A stretch of 29,369 nucleotides of DNA, from positions 1 to 29,369 of the IMG/VR virus record IMGVR_UViG_3300030376_007233. One strand, given 5' to 3'. Numbering within the stretch: position 1 is the first letter of the stretch; every line of letters begins with the position of its first letter. The DNA comes from a virus. Its lineage: Duplodnaviria; Caudoviricetes. The notes under the pieces are model-generated. The model ran no database searches, was not told where the DNA came from, and saw only the letters and a list, made by a program, of their open reading frames with translations. Position numbers and translations under genes: made by a program. Below, piece after piece: positions 8,256-17,813 of the stretch.

Positions 8256-8337
8256 GGATGGGGATTGTCTTTTCATGGTTCCCATTCCCCATCCTTTGGG
8301 GGCTTCGGCCCCACCATTATATTTTTTGAACCATGAA
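8256..8337 (+). other. Structured 3' UTR after the capsid gene: 9-bp hairpin with a 21-nt loop, then a UUCG hairpin and T-run (probable partial terminator)
   Basis: GGATGGGGA/TCCCCATCC (8256-8294); GGGGC-TTCG-GCCCC (8299-8312); T6 at 8322-8327. Confidence 0.65.
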
Positions 8338-8357
8338 CAATAAACAACGAGGCAACC

Positions 8358-8999
8358 ATGAACAACCAACCTTGGACAGGAAACGATATAACTAGGGCAG
8401 ATTCCCTACCAATTAGACAAAATGCACCATTTTGGTATATGCACCATCCCAATACATGTTGGGAATTTATACAATACAAAGGGGCTTGGATGTTCCTCCC
8501 CAAATTCAGAAGACTTTTTGAAATCGCTGGGGTGAATGGTGTTCGGATGGTGCCAGGTGGTGGAACAGATAGCCAGATGGCCAGGGTGAAAATGATGGAT
8601 GATGGTTTTGAAGTACTGGATTGGGAAATGGGATATCAAACTCGCCACAGAACAAAATCTGGGGGCTGGTATTATTCATCAATCTGGGATACTCCAAAAA
8701 TCGTAGGAAATCGCGTAGTGTGGAAGAAAGACCAGGCATCTTATAATGATTGGAGATTTTCACTTTTGGATACTGGTGTAATTCAGATGCCAGATGTGGA
8801 CATTCTCGAATTCTTTGTAGATATGCAACAAAAGAGAGTCCAGAGAAATGAAGGGAAAAACATGACCCCAAGACTTCTTGGGCAATATGAAAAAGATGTA
8901 AAAAAACTGGAACTCATGCAAGCGTACATTCTGAATAATGGACCAGTGAACGACAATGGAAAACCACCAAAGAAAACAAAAGGAAAAAGAGATGTCTAG
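8358..8999 (+). CDS. Hypothetical protein
   Basis: 213-aa ORF with RBS GAGG, in the late operon. Confidence 0.75.
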   Translation: MNNQPWTGNDITRADSLPIRQNAPFWYMHHPNTCWEFIQYKGAWMFLPKFRRLFEIAGVNGVRMVPGGGTDSQMARVKMMDDGFEVLDWEMGYQTRHRTKSGGWYYSSIWDTPKIVGNRVVWKKDQASYNDWRFSLLDTGVIQMPDVDILEFFVDMQQKRVQRNEGKNMTPRLLGQYEKDVKKLELMQAYILNNGPVNDNGKPPKKTKGKRDV

Positions 9000-9138
9000 T
9001 AAAAGAGATGTATACGAAAGATTTGTTGGAAAAATTGTTGAACAACAAAGAAAAACTAGTGGTAAGATAGATGTGGATGCAGCTCGTGAAATAGCGCGAA
9101 ATGTAGCCAAACGTCATGACCATAAAAATGGGAAATAA
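8992..9138 (+). CDS. Small basic hypothetical protein
   Basis: ATG 8992 with AAGGA upstream; fills the gap. Confidence 0.55.
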   Translation: MSSKRDVYERFVGKIVEQQRKTSGKIDVDAAREIARNVAKRHDHKNGK

Positions 9139-9161
9139 CAACAAAATCAGGAGATTTCGAA

Positions 9162-9488
9162 ATGGCGAATTATAACGGAAAACAATCTTTCACAGTACCA
9201 CGTCAAATTGTACTAAAAAACGGTGTCAACGTAGAAACCTTAGCGGGTGCCAAAACATTGGATAAATCATCATCAATGGTACAGGTACTGAATACTGGTG
9301 GAAGTACTCGTGTTGTCAATCTTCCAGCCTTGAAAGATGGAATGGTTTTTTGGATTGCCAATAGCGGTTCAGGTGGACATGATTTAACAGTGACAAAACC
9401 AGATTCTACCACCATTCTTGTGGGTGATGGAAAAGGGCTGATGATAGCTTGTGACGGGTCACAATGGTATCAAGTAATTAACGCTTAG
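9162..9488 (+). CDS. Virion structural/decoration protein (putative)
   Basis: RBS AGGAG; VNLPA...G..FWIAN...CDGSQW pattern typical of phage fibre/decoration domains. Confidence 0.6.
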   Translation: MANYNGKQSFTVPRQIVLKNGVNVETLAGAKTLDKSSSMVQVLNTGGSTRVVNLPALKDGMVFWIANSGSGGHDLTVTKPDSTTILVGDGKGLMIACDGSQWYQVINA

Positions 9489-9497
9489 GATTGAAAA

Positions 9498-10274
9498 ATG
9501 GCTTTGTTGGGTGAATATTACGCACCACGGATAAGAGTTCCACAAATGATACAACGTGGGAAAACTCAAATTGTGGAATTGGCGATATATCGGGATGCTG
9601 CTATTGTGGTTCCCACATCAGCCACATATCAGCTATTGGCAGAAGATGGAACAGATATCATTGCTGTTTCATCTGCCACTATTGCTGATAGCAAATGCAA
9701 ATTCACCATTCCTTCTTCTTCTGTTCCAGATTCCATGTCCCTATCAGATGGACTTTTTGAATTATGGGAAGTTGAAATTGGTGGGGTTACATATACATTC
9801 CAAAGACCAGCCTATCTTTGTAGGCGGCCACTGTATCCATGCATATCAGATATTGATTTGGAAGCTACTTATAGCGATTTGGCCAATCTTCTTCCAGCCA
9901 GCTACACCGATGGATGGCAACGTTTTATTGATGAAGCGTGGGTTCGAATACTGGAAAGATTGAGACAACAAGGCAACCTTCCATATCTTATTACAGACCC
10001 ACAAAGTCTTCGTTCATCCCACTTGGAATTAACGCTGGCTTTGATATGGCGAAATATGCACAGTAGCCTCGGCCAATCTCAAGGAAGATATTTGGATTTG
10101 TATAGAGAATCCATCAAAAGCTATGAATATAACTGGAAAATGATATCCTTCAGATATGATATGGATGGGGATGGAATGGCTGATGATGTGGACAAAAGAA
10201 GAGCTGCTTTTCCAATGATTTCCACCAGTAATCCACCATCACGATATCATAGATTGAAGTATCGGAAATACTGA
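9498..10274 (+). CDS. Head-tail connector/adaptor (putative)
   Basis: Position after the head genes; beta-rich N-terminal half and helical C-terminal half (RFIDEAWVRILERL). Confidence 0.5.
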   Translation: MALLGEYYAPRIRVPQMIQRGKTQIVELAIYRDAAIVVPTSATYQLLAEDGTDIIAVSSATIADSKCKFTIPSSSVPDSMSLSDGLFELWEVEIGGVTYTFQRPAYLCRRPLYPCISDIDLEATYSDLANLLPASYTDGWQRFIDEAWVRILERLRQQGNLPYLITDPQSLRSSHLELTLALIWRNMHSSLGQSQGRYLDLYRESIKSYEYNWKMISFRYDMDGDGMADDVDKRRAAFPMISTSNPPSRYHRLKYRKY

Positions 10275-10275
10275 T

Positions 10276-10728
10276 ATGGCCACTGTAAAACTATCAATAA
10301 TCAGAGCACGGATAGCCACAGCATTGGAAGGAATTGTGGGGGCTGGTTTGAAACAATCACCCTTACCTTATGGGGGCTTTGGGAGAACACCCAATTCCAT
10401 AGCCCACAAAGCTTTCTCTGTTTCCATTGGTGGTTCTACTGCCCAAGATGATAGACAACGACCCACAGAAGGGGCGATGCTACAAACAGATATGGATATA
10501 AAGTTGGCCTATCGAATAAGACCATTGGCCCAATTGGTGGATGTGGATGGTTCTTTGGATTTGGAGAATACAATTATAGCCAATCTATTGGATAGGACCA
10601 ATACAACATTATATCAAAATCTACATATCAAATTACAATCTACAAATAGACAACTAACAGATAGTGGCGAATACATGATATCGACGCTATCTTTTGAACT
10701 TCTTAATTTTATACCTTTAACCACATAA
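10276..10728 (+). CDS. Tail terminator/completion protein (putative)
   Basis: 150 aa immediately before the tail tube; IRARIATAL N-terminal helix then beta strands. Confidence 0.5.
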   Translation: MATVKLSIIRARIATALEGIVGAGLKQSPLPYGGFGRTPNSIAHKAFSVSIGGSTAQDDRQRPTEGAMLQTDMDIKLAYRIRPLAQLVDVDGSLDLENTIIANLLDRTNTTLYQNLHIKLQSTNRQLTDSGEYMISTLSFELLNFIPLTT

Positions 10729-10745
10729 CCAAATAGGAGAATATC

Positions 10746-11228
10746 ATGAGTGAAAGCACCGTGGTTGCTGTCCCAAGGGATGGAACAATAACAATAACAA
10801 ATGGCGATGCTGTATCATATACAGTGGCTTATGAGGCAGGCGATTTCAATGCAAACTTTGACAAAGCCGAGAGAATCGTGATTTATGATAGGGCTACAAT
10901 TGTGGGCCTGAGAGCAGGAAATGACCCGATTCCATCAATTTCTTTTTCTGTCCATCTTCGAGAGTTGGCAGATAATACAGAAGATACGATTCTGGATTTT
11001 GTATACAAGACCAATAATTCTTCATCGGCTACTAGTACAGGTGGAACAGGATTTGAACAGTTCTTGGTAACTGTAGAATTCCAGGCTGATATGAGTGCTT
11101 TGGGTGGTTCCAATACAAAAGCAACCTTCCAAAAAGTTTTACTAACTGCCAGCGTGGCAGAAGGAAACCCCACAGCCGTTTCTTTCACTGGTGAAGTGTA
11201 TGGAAGCATTACACGAGCCACAGCATAA
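10746..11228 (+). CDS. Major tail (tube) protein (putative)
   Basis: Strong RBS AGGAG; 160 aa, beta/Thr-rich, C-terminal VSFTGEV; upstream of a frameshifting chaperone. Confidence 0.65.
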   Translation: MSESTVVAVPRDGTITITNGDAVSYTVAYEAGDFNANFDKAERIVIYDRATIVGLRAGNDPIPSISFSVHLRELADNTEDTILDFVYKTNNSSSATSTGGTGFEQFLVTVEFQADMSALGGSNTKATFQKVLLTASVAEGNPTAVSFTGEVYGSITRATA

Positions 11229-11243
11229 TTGGGGATATGAACC

Positions 11244-11597
11244 ATGAAAAAGAATATCTCTAATGTTGATTATGTGTTTGATATGCCAAAATCCATGTGC
11301 GTGGTTTGGGATGTGTTCTATATGATAAGCACAAACCCAAACCGTGCACAGTTGGGGCGGTTGTTCGCTGCTCTTTGGGGTTGTATGTTATCCAATCACC
11401 CATCCAAGCCCAAATATAATCTGGCTGATTGTGATTTATTGGCCTATGGTGGGAGGATGCAAGAATGGTTATCCACCAAAAAAGTGAACCCCATCCATGT
11501 TCTGAATATTGGAACTGAACTTTTCCATAAAATGTCAGAACATATAGCCACAGAACCCGAGGTAGAAACGGCTGAAAATTTTTCTACAGACCAGTAG
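11244..11597 (+). CDS. Tail assembly chaperone (gpG-like)
   Basis: Follows the tail tube; ends just after slippery heptamer A AAT TTT. Confidence 0.7.
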   Translation: MKKNISNVDYVFDMPKSMCVVWDVFYMISTNPNRAQLGRLFAALWGCMLSNHPSKPKYNLADCDLLAYGGRMQEWLSTKKVNPIHVLNIGTELFHKMSEHIATEPEVETAENFSTDQ

Positions 11598-11815
11598 GGG
11601 GGATAATCCGTACTGGTTTTCTGATATCCAGATTTTGGGGACAAGAACCAAATTGGTTTTTCAACCAGCCCAAAAATCTCCAGGCTGAACTTATAGCGGA
11701 TTATAAAATTTCCAACATGAAAAAGGCAGATATCGACAAGAAGAAGAAATCTTTCCAGTTGAATCGACTCAAAACAGAACATCAAAGATATAAAAGAAGA
11801 GGATGTGATGAGTAA
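11576..11815 (+). CDS. -1 frameshift extension of the tail assembly chaperone (gpGT-like, about 190 aa in total)
   Basis: Slippery AAATTTT 11576-11582; -1 frame open to TAA 11813-11815 (FYRPVGGIIRTGFLISRFWGQEPNWFF...KRRGCDE); downstream hairpin. Confidence 0.78.
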   Translation, partial: KFFYRPVGGIIRTGFLISRFWGQEPNWFFNQPKNLQAELIADYKISNMKKADIDKKKKSFQLNRLKTEHQRYKRRGCDE

Positions 11816-12302
11816 AAGATTACGATACGGAAAGGGAAAGGGTTCTATAGAAATCACTGGAACAATGAAGAAAATGTTAGAGGATGCCATAAGAGATGTG
11901 GCTCCTTTAACTCTTCATATTATTGAAACTGAATTGGATGATAGAATTGATTTTGCCAAAAAAAATTGGAATGTCAGATATGGCCAACCAGTAACAAAAG
12001 CCAGTGGAGAAACATATATCCAGAAAGAAACCAGTAAACGTTCCATTGACAAATTCCAATCTGGAATTCGTATCATCCAAGGTGGAAAAGCCATTGAAGG
12101 ATTTTTTCGAAATATGGCCCCATATGCCTACAATATAAAAGCGGCTGACTACTCCAAAAGAGAAAATGGAAGCCCATCCACAGTAGCCACAGGAAAATTG
12201 GTGGCAGATGTAACCATGTGGGAACCAGCCAAAGCGAATGTGGATAAAATCGTGAAAAAGTTGGCAGATGCATATATAATGGAACAGAAGAAGGTGAAAT
12301 AA
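11808..12302 (+). CDS. Neck/tail-completion protein (HK97 gp10-like, tentative)
   Basis: Basic 164-aa ORF with RNMAPYAYNI segment and C-terminal MWEPAK helix; RBS GAGG. Confidence 0.45.
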   Translation: MSKRLRYGKGKGSIEITGTMKKMLEDAIRDVAPLTLHIIETELDDRIDFAKKNWNVRYGQPVTKASGETYIQKETSKRSIDKFQSGIRIIQGGKAIEGFFRNMAPYAYNIKAADYSKRENGSPSTVATGKLVADVTMWEPAKANVDKIVKKLADAYIMEQKKVK

Positions 12303-14506
12303 TGGCTGATATAAATCGTACAATTCAGATAGCATATAGAGCTGAAGTTTCCAATCTGGTGAAGGGCTTGGAAAAAGTAGGCCAAGTTTCTGAGAAAGAA
12401 GCCAAAGAAATTGTGGATAATCTGGACAAGGCATATGAAAAAGCATCCAAAGAAGCCAAGAAATCAGCCAAAAAACAGAAAGATGCTTTGGAAGGAGTAT
12501 CCAAGAAAGCCAAGGGAGTAGGAAAAGACATAAAAGGTTCTTTTTCTGCCATTGCTGTGGGGGCGGCTGCGGCTGGGGCTGCTATTTTGATGTTTGGCCA
12601 AAAAATGGCCGATATGTCCAATCAGCTCGTGGATGCCAGTGCCAAAACAGGTGTGAATGTTGATACATTGAATGGGCTTCGATTGGCGGCTGAAGGAAGT
12701 GGATTGGCTTTTGAAGAACTCGAAATGGGTTTGATACGTCTTCCACAAATGATGAACCAGGCGGCCAATGGTTCCAAGAAAGCCAAAGAAGCATTTCAAA
12801 AACTGGGAGTGGCTACCACCCATACAGTGGATGGATTTGAACAGCTACGAACAGCGGATGAAGTATTAAAAGATGTTTTCCATTCTTTGCAAGCGGTGAC
12901 CAGCCAAGAAGAAAAAGCGGCTTTGGCGGCTGAAATATTTGGGAGAAATGCAGGCCCCAAATTCATCCAAAGTGGAGCCATAGATAATTTGGAAGCCTTT
13001 GTTTCATTGGCGGAAGATTTTGGGGTTTCCACTGGTCCCAACATGACAAACCAAATGGCCAATTTCCAAAGAGTATCTGCCACGGCTTCCAATGTTGTGA
13101 TGGGTGAGATGATGCGATTGGTGGATGTTCTCATGGGTGGAAGTGGAAGTGGTGGGAAGGGCTTGACCAATGCCATTCTGGGAGCCACTGAAGCGATTAT
13201 CTTCTTGGGTTCCATTGCTGGGGATGTATTTGGAACAGTTATATCGGCTGGAAATCTCCAATTGGCCACCATGGATTTTTTAATTCAGAAAATTGTTGGT
13301 TCCTCTTCAGATGCTGAACGTGCTTTTATCGTCATGAATGATGAATTTGAAAACTTTGGAAAAAGTGGTGGTGCTATTGTATCCTCTTTGGATACAGCCC
13401 AAGCCAAATTGGAGGATTTCAGAAAAAAAATGGCTGCCACTATGGCCAGTGGTGGAACTGGAACTGGAACCAGTGGTGGAACTGGAACCAGTGGTGGAAC
13501 AGGAACAGGAACAGGAACTGGAACTGTAACAAATATCCCAAAGGTGACCAAAGAAGTGAACGAATTGGCCCAAGCAGAAAGAATATTGGCCAATGTTCTC
13601 AAGGATATCAATAACAGCATTGAAAAACAAACTGATAGAAGGATAGACTCTCTCCCAACAGAAGAACAAATTCTGGCCAATCGAAATAAAGAAATCATCA
13701 ATTTACGAGAACAACAGAAAATATTGAATGATACGCTTGGACCAGAAATAGAAAGATTGTTTTTGAAAGAAAGGACAGTGGAAGAAGATGAAAAACTTTT
13801 GGAATTGGAAGAAGCATTTTCCAAAAGAAGCGAACAAATAACCACAGAAATCAAAGACGCAAAGATTGACGCTGAAAACGAATTGTTAGATTTACAGATG
13901 GAAAACTTTGATAAATTAGCTGCCAAAGATGCTGAAATTTTAGAAAAAAAATTGGAGGGTATAGAACTCAGAAAACAAGCAGAAGCCCAAGCAGCCCTTT
14001 TTATGGTTGACCAGATGGGGATGGGTTTCGAAGCAGCCGCCCAACTGGTGGAAACATTTGGAAATCAGACCAAAGAAACTGAAAAAATAGCCTTTGGGAT
14101 ACGAAAAGCGGCTTCTATGGCAGATGTGGTTATCGAAACTGCCAAAAATGTGGTGGCTGTGGCTCCACTTGGCCCCTTTGCTATGGGTGCCATGGGTGCT
14201 ATTGGTGCGGCCCAATTGGCTGTGATATCTGCCCAACAACCCAAATTCCACATGGGTGGTATGATTGGCGATGCCAGCCCATTGGCCCCAGATGAAACCA
14301 TGGTAAGAGCCAAACGAGGTGAAGCCATATTATCTACATCAGCAGTTTCCAAGATTGGGGCTGAAGGTGTAAGGGCAATTGAAAAAGGCCAGGGTTTGGA
14401 ACCCACTGTGATAGTGATGAATCCATTCAAACATTATGATAGATTTATAAAGGGAAGAACAGCCATGGGAATGGGTGGTTCATCCACTGGAAGAAAGGGA
14501 TATTGA
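12302..14506 (+). CDS. Tape measure protein
   Basis: 734 aa Ala/Gly-rich helical protein; AFQKLGV, AAEIFGR and C-terminal KFHMGG...AKRGEAIL segments typical of tape measure proteins. Confidence 0.88.
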   Translation: MADINRTIQIAYRAEVSNLVKGLEKVGQVSEKEAKEIVDNLDKAYEKASKEAKKSAKKQKDALEGVSKKAKGVGKDIKGSFSAIAVGAAAAGAAILMFGQKMADMSNQLVDASAKTGVNVDTLNGLRLAAEGSGLAFEELEMGLIRLPQMMNQAANGSKKAKEAFQKLGVATTHTVDGFEQLRTADEVLKDVFHSLQAVTSQEEKAALAAEIFGRNAGPKFIQSGAIDNLEAFVSLAEDFGVSTGPNMTNQMANFQRVSATASNVVMGEMMRLVDVLMGGSGSGGKGLTNAILGATEAIIFLGSIAGDVFGTVISAGNLQLATMDFLIQKIVGSSSDAERAFIVMNDEFENFGKSGGAIVSSLDTAQAKLEDFRKKMAATMASGGTGTGTSGGTGTSGGTGTGTGTGTVTNIPKVTKEVNELAQAERILANVLKDINNSIEKQTDRRIDSLPTEEQILANRNKEIINLREQQKILNDTLGPEIERLFLKERTVEEDEKLLELEEAFSKRSEQITTEIKDAKIDAENELLDLQMENFDKLAAKDAEILEKKLEGIELRKQAEAQAALFMVDQMGMGFEAAAQLVETFGNQTKETEKIAFGIRKAASMADVVIETAKNVVAVAPLGPFAMGAMGAIGAAQLAVISAQQPKFHMGGMIGDASPLAPDETMVRAKRGEAILSTSAVSKIGAEGVRAIEKGQGLEPTVIVMNPFKHYDRFIKGRTAMGMGGSSTGRKGY
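13448..13525 (+). repeat. In-frame Gly-Thr/Ser-Gly-Gly repeat in the tape measure gene
   Basis: GGAACT/GGAACA/AGTGGT hexamer repeats encoding SGGTGTGTSGGTGTSGGTGTGTGTGT. Confidence 0.85.
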
Positions 14507-14507
14507 T

Positions 14508-17500
14508 ATGGGAACGAATAAAACACCAGAATATATTAGAGGTTTCATACTCCCCATGGATTTGGGTGTTTCCAATATCTGGGAAAGCCAATCTAGTTTC
14601 ACCCAACAAAATCCCACGGCTGGGGACCCCTATCCACTGCAATCATCCAAAATGAGATTGTTGTCCAAGGGTGCCCAAAGTACAAATGGAAATATCACGA
14701 TTGTTTCCAGAAAGGCGGGTTCCGCTGGTTATGGTTCCCGATTTACATTCAAAGATAATATTGTATCCAATACTACGGAATATGGAAGAGATGCTTATAA
14801 CGCTATATCTGGGTTTCAGTATCGAGATATATCCACTGTGATTTCCAATAATTATTATGTCCAAGATAGCCTCGTAACGAGTGAAAACACATTATTGATA
14901 GCCATTTTCCAGGATTACACCAATGATATTGTGTTTGTACGTAGAATACCCCAAACGGGTGCCAGTACTACCCACACAATATATACATTTCCATCTTTCG
15001 CATCCAGAACACAACAGATAACTACTACCATGTGTGAATTGGAAGATGGTTCTATTCTTCTTGGACATCTTTTGGAAGATGATGGGAAAGCGAATATTCG
15101 TTTGTATCGTTCCACTGATGATGGTGTCACATGGTCCACAGTATCACGACAAGGATGGGAATTATCGATATCAGTGGGAACCAGTTCTGGGGCGGGTGTC
15201 ACCACATATGAAATTATCAGAATGAGAATGGTTTCCATCAGTGGTTCCATCGTTCTTTTGGTGGAAACAGAATACAACAATACATCCATTACAAAGAGAA
15301 ATCAGCTATTCCAATATGTATCCATAGATGGGGGTGGCACGTTTACATTATTGAGTACATCCACCAATCTGGAAAGCAATTCATTCAGAATGATAAACCT
15401 TGGAAAACGATTGGGGAGATATGTTTTCAGCTATATTGGTGATACAACACATGTACATTATATGGAACTCCCCAACCCATTCAGCAATATTCATCTACTT
15501 CGGGAAAGTTCGGCTTTTGTTGCTGTGACTGCCTTAAATGCCAGTACAGGGACAGATGATTACATGACAGGTGGAGATTTGGCAACCTTGATAAATGATG
15601 ATGGGAGCATCTATTTGTACATGTATAGTGGTGGCTCCAATGATTTTATCAATTGCAAATATTCCAGTGATGGAACGACATTTAGATACACCAATGGTAA
15701 TTATACAGTGGCCCAAGGGGTTGTATTGGATTGTGATGATAGCCTCACCAGATTATCCAATATTATGGCTGTTCATTGGCTTGGTCGTGGGGTGATTGTC
15801 TCCAATATGAACAGTTCCACCACCATGGATAATTCTGTACTCATGACATATTTGGGAGGTTATGCCACTGTCAATCTTCCACAAAATGATTACGCAGGGG
15901 ATGAAGCAGATTGGGGGCGGGTTGGATTTATCAGAAATTATCTTCCACTCGATGTTCCAAGCGATATCAGTGGATTGGGTGTTGTAGGTTCTGGAACAGA
16001 TTCAATAACTGGTGGAAAACTTCGAATTACATCCACTGGGGCTGGTTCCCAAGAAAGGGTGTATACTTGGAACAATCTCCCAACCAGTTTAACCAATACC
16101 GATTATGTGACCCAAGGTTTGATAATTCGTTGTTCTTTGATTGTTGTCAGTGGGGGCGATATTTCCACATCCCAAAGAGGATTCACTTTGGAAATTGATA
16201 ATGGAACCATCAGATATAGAGCTGGTGTCTATATTACTCCCACAGGAATAGTGGTGGATGATGATTTTGGTGGAATTCGATTGGCAACAAAAACCCATGA
16301 TAACACCCAAGGGGTGGATATTCTGTTTTCCATTGCCAATAATAAAGTTTCTGGATGGTATCGAAGCTTGGATTATGATGAAACACGAGAATGGACAGTT
16401 CTAATTGATGGTGGAACCGTTACTTCTTCGGGTTCATCCAGTGCAGGGCAGATAGTGAAATTTGGCCATCTCACTTATGCCAGTGCATATACAACAGATT
16501 GGAATGAATTCCATGTCTCCAATCTCACAGCCACAGGAAGACAATTGGCCACGGGGTTTGTAAATCCTGATGATTGTGCTTCCATGCCTTTTCCACCCCT
16601 TGGGCAATTTGCTTATGTGTATGATAATGTATCGATATCATCCACTGATGGTTCTACTTATGAGGGTGAACAATTCGATATCATCCCACAATATGATTAT
16701 CCGATTGGAAACACGTTCCAATCCACTAGCCCAAGCCCAAGAATACAGTGGAGAAGTACAGCCGTGGCCAGTGGTGCCGTGGCTGCCCAAACCATATCTT
16801 GGAAGTTATACAATGATATTGGTTCGACTTTGGTGGAACATATGCCCAATGATTTGGTGGGCTTCCATTTTGCCAATGTAAATTGGAGAAGTGGAGAATT
16901 GTTCTATCATAATGGCACCACTTGGGTTTCTTTGGCTACAATCCAAAATGAAATCAGATGCGGATGTTTGGTAAAAGGGAGAACTATCCGTGGTGATGCC
17001 ACTTTAACACAGCCATATTTCACACTGAATGAACTTGTGGGGTGGACGGCTTATTTTTCAGTGGGAGAAACAAACGTAGCACATAAAATAGTATCGAATA
17101 CAGAAGGAAAATTTGGTGGAACAGCTACTGGAACCAAACAGGCTACAATAACATTTGAAACCCCACCCCCATCCAGTGCCACCACTGTATATCTTATCCC
17201 CAATAATTTTTCCATGGTTATAAATTTCAATGGCATCCAAGCCAGTGGCTTCAAATTAGAGATTTCCAGCCAAGTCACCTATCATAACGATATCCGAATT
17301 GGTGAAGTTCTAATTGGACCAGTTATAGTTCCAGGTAGGCAATATGGAAGAGGAAGAACCATTTCAATGGAAAGTGGAACAGAAACGATTGAAACCCAAG
17401 ATGGAATGAGATATTCAAGAGAACTTAGACCACCACAAAGAATATATTCTTTGGCTTGGACAGATGGAATCGATATTTCCCAGCTACAAGGAGGAACCCC

Positions 17501-17813
17501 AGATATTGATTATTGGGTATCTTCTACCACTGCCAACGCGGAGCCCATAGCAGTAAACAATGAAGCCCCTGACTTGATGTTGGGTTTCCTCGATTATGTC
17601 CAAGGGCAATTAAAACATTTTGTGTATCTTCCCAACATAACCAAATCCACTTCTTCTTTTGAGGACAAACGATATTTGGGGCGGGTGGATGAACAAGTTT
17701 TGGTAACATTGGAAAGCAACATCCAGATAGAACACGTTGTGGGTGATGAACTCCAAACCCAAACCGGTGAAGTCTTCAGAATAGCCACAATCAACATGAA
17801 ACAGGTCACGTAA
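14508..17813 (+). CDS. Large tail-tip protein with Asp-box (BNR) repeats and a possible C-terminal distal-tail-like domain
   Basis: Asp-boxes YRSTDDGVTWS, YVSIDGGGTFT, KYSSDGTTFR; directly after the tape measure gene. Confidence 0.72.
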   Translation: MGTNKTPEYIRGFILPMDLGVSNIWESQSSFTQQNPTAGDPYPLQSSKMRLLSKGAQSTNGNITIVSRKAGSAGYGSRFTFKDNIVSNTTEYGRDAYNAISGFQYRDISTVISNNYYVQDSLVTSENTLLIAIFQDYTNDIVFVRRIPQTGASTTHTIYTFPSFASRTQQITTTMCELEDGSILLGHLLEDDGKANIRLYRSTDDGVTWSTVSRQGWELSISVGTSSGAGVTTYEIIRMRMVSISGSIVLLVETEYNNTSITKRNQLFQYVSIDGGGTFTLLSTSTNLESNSFRMINLGKRLGRYVFSYIGDTTHVHYMELPNPFSNIHLLRESSAFVAVTALNASTGTDDYMTGGDLATLINDDGSIYLYMYSGGSNDFINCKYSSDGTTFRYTNGNYTVAQGVVLDCDDSLTRLSNIMAVHWLGRGVIVSNMNSSTTMDNSVLMTYLGGYATVNLPQNDYAGDEADWGRVGFIRNYLPLDVPSDISGLGVVGSGTDSITGGKLRITSTGAGSQERVYTWNNLPTSLTNTDYVTQGLIIRCSLIVVSGGDISTSQRGFTLEIDNGTIRYRAGVYITPTGIVVDDDFGGIRLATKTHDNTQGVDILFSIANNKVSGWYRSLDYDETREWTVLIDGGTVTSSGSSSAGQIVKFGHLTYASAYTTDWNEFHVSNLTATGRQLATGFVNPDDCASMPFPPLGQFAYVYDNVSISSTDGSTYEGEQFDIIPQYDYPIGNTFQSTSPSPRIQWRSTAVASGAVAAQTISWKLYNDIGSTLVEHMPNDLVGFHFANVNWRSGELFYHNGTTWVSLATIQNEIRCGCLVKGRTIRGDATLTQPYFTLNELVGWTAYFSVGETNVAHKIVSNTEGKFGGTATGTKQATITFETPPPSSATTVYLIPNNFSMVINFNGIQASGFKLEISSQVTYHNDIRIGEVLIGPVIVPGRQYGRGRTISMESGTETIETQDGMRYSRELRPPQRIYSLAWTDGIDISQLQGGTPDIDYWVSSTTANAEPIAVNNEAPDLMLGFLDYVQGQLKHFVYLPNITKSTSSFEDKRYLGRVDEQVLVTLESNIQIEHVVGDELQTQTGEVFRIATINMKQVT

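Noticed and set aside
8151-8276. Minus-strand ORF MKRQSPSTQQ... with an apparent GGGGA RBS
   Set aside because: Runs antisense into the capsid gene with no recognisable features; better explained as the complement of the plus-strand hairpin
8333-8395. Short out-of-frame ORF overlapping the 8358 gene start
   Set aside because: 20 codons and no Shine-Dalgarno; not supportable as a gene
12239-12420. Two isolated perfect DnaA boxes (TGTGGATAA at 12239 and 12412)
   Set aside because: Inside coding sequence (Val-Asp-Lys/Asn codons), not clustered, and the genome is TGG-rich
13285-13926. Long antisense ORFs in the track (e.g. 13285-13926, 26559-27146, 11907-12446)
   Set aside because: Shadows of well-supported plus-strand genes, with no motifs or RBS
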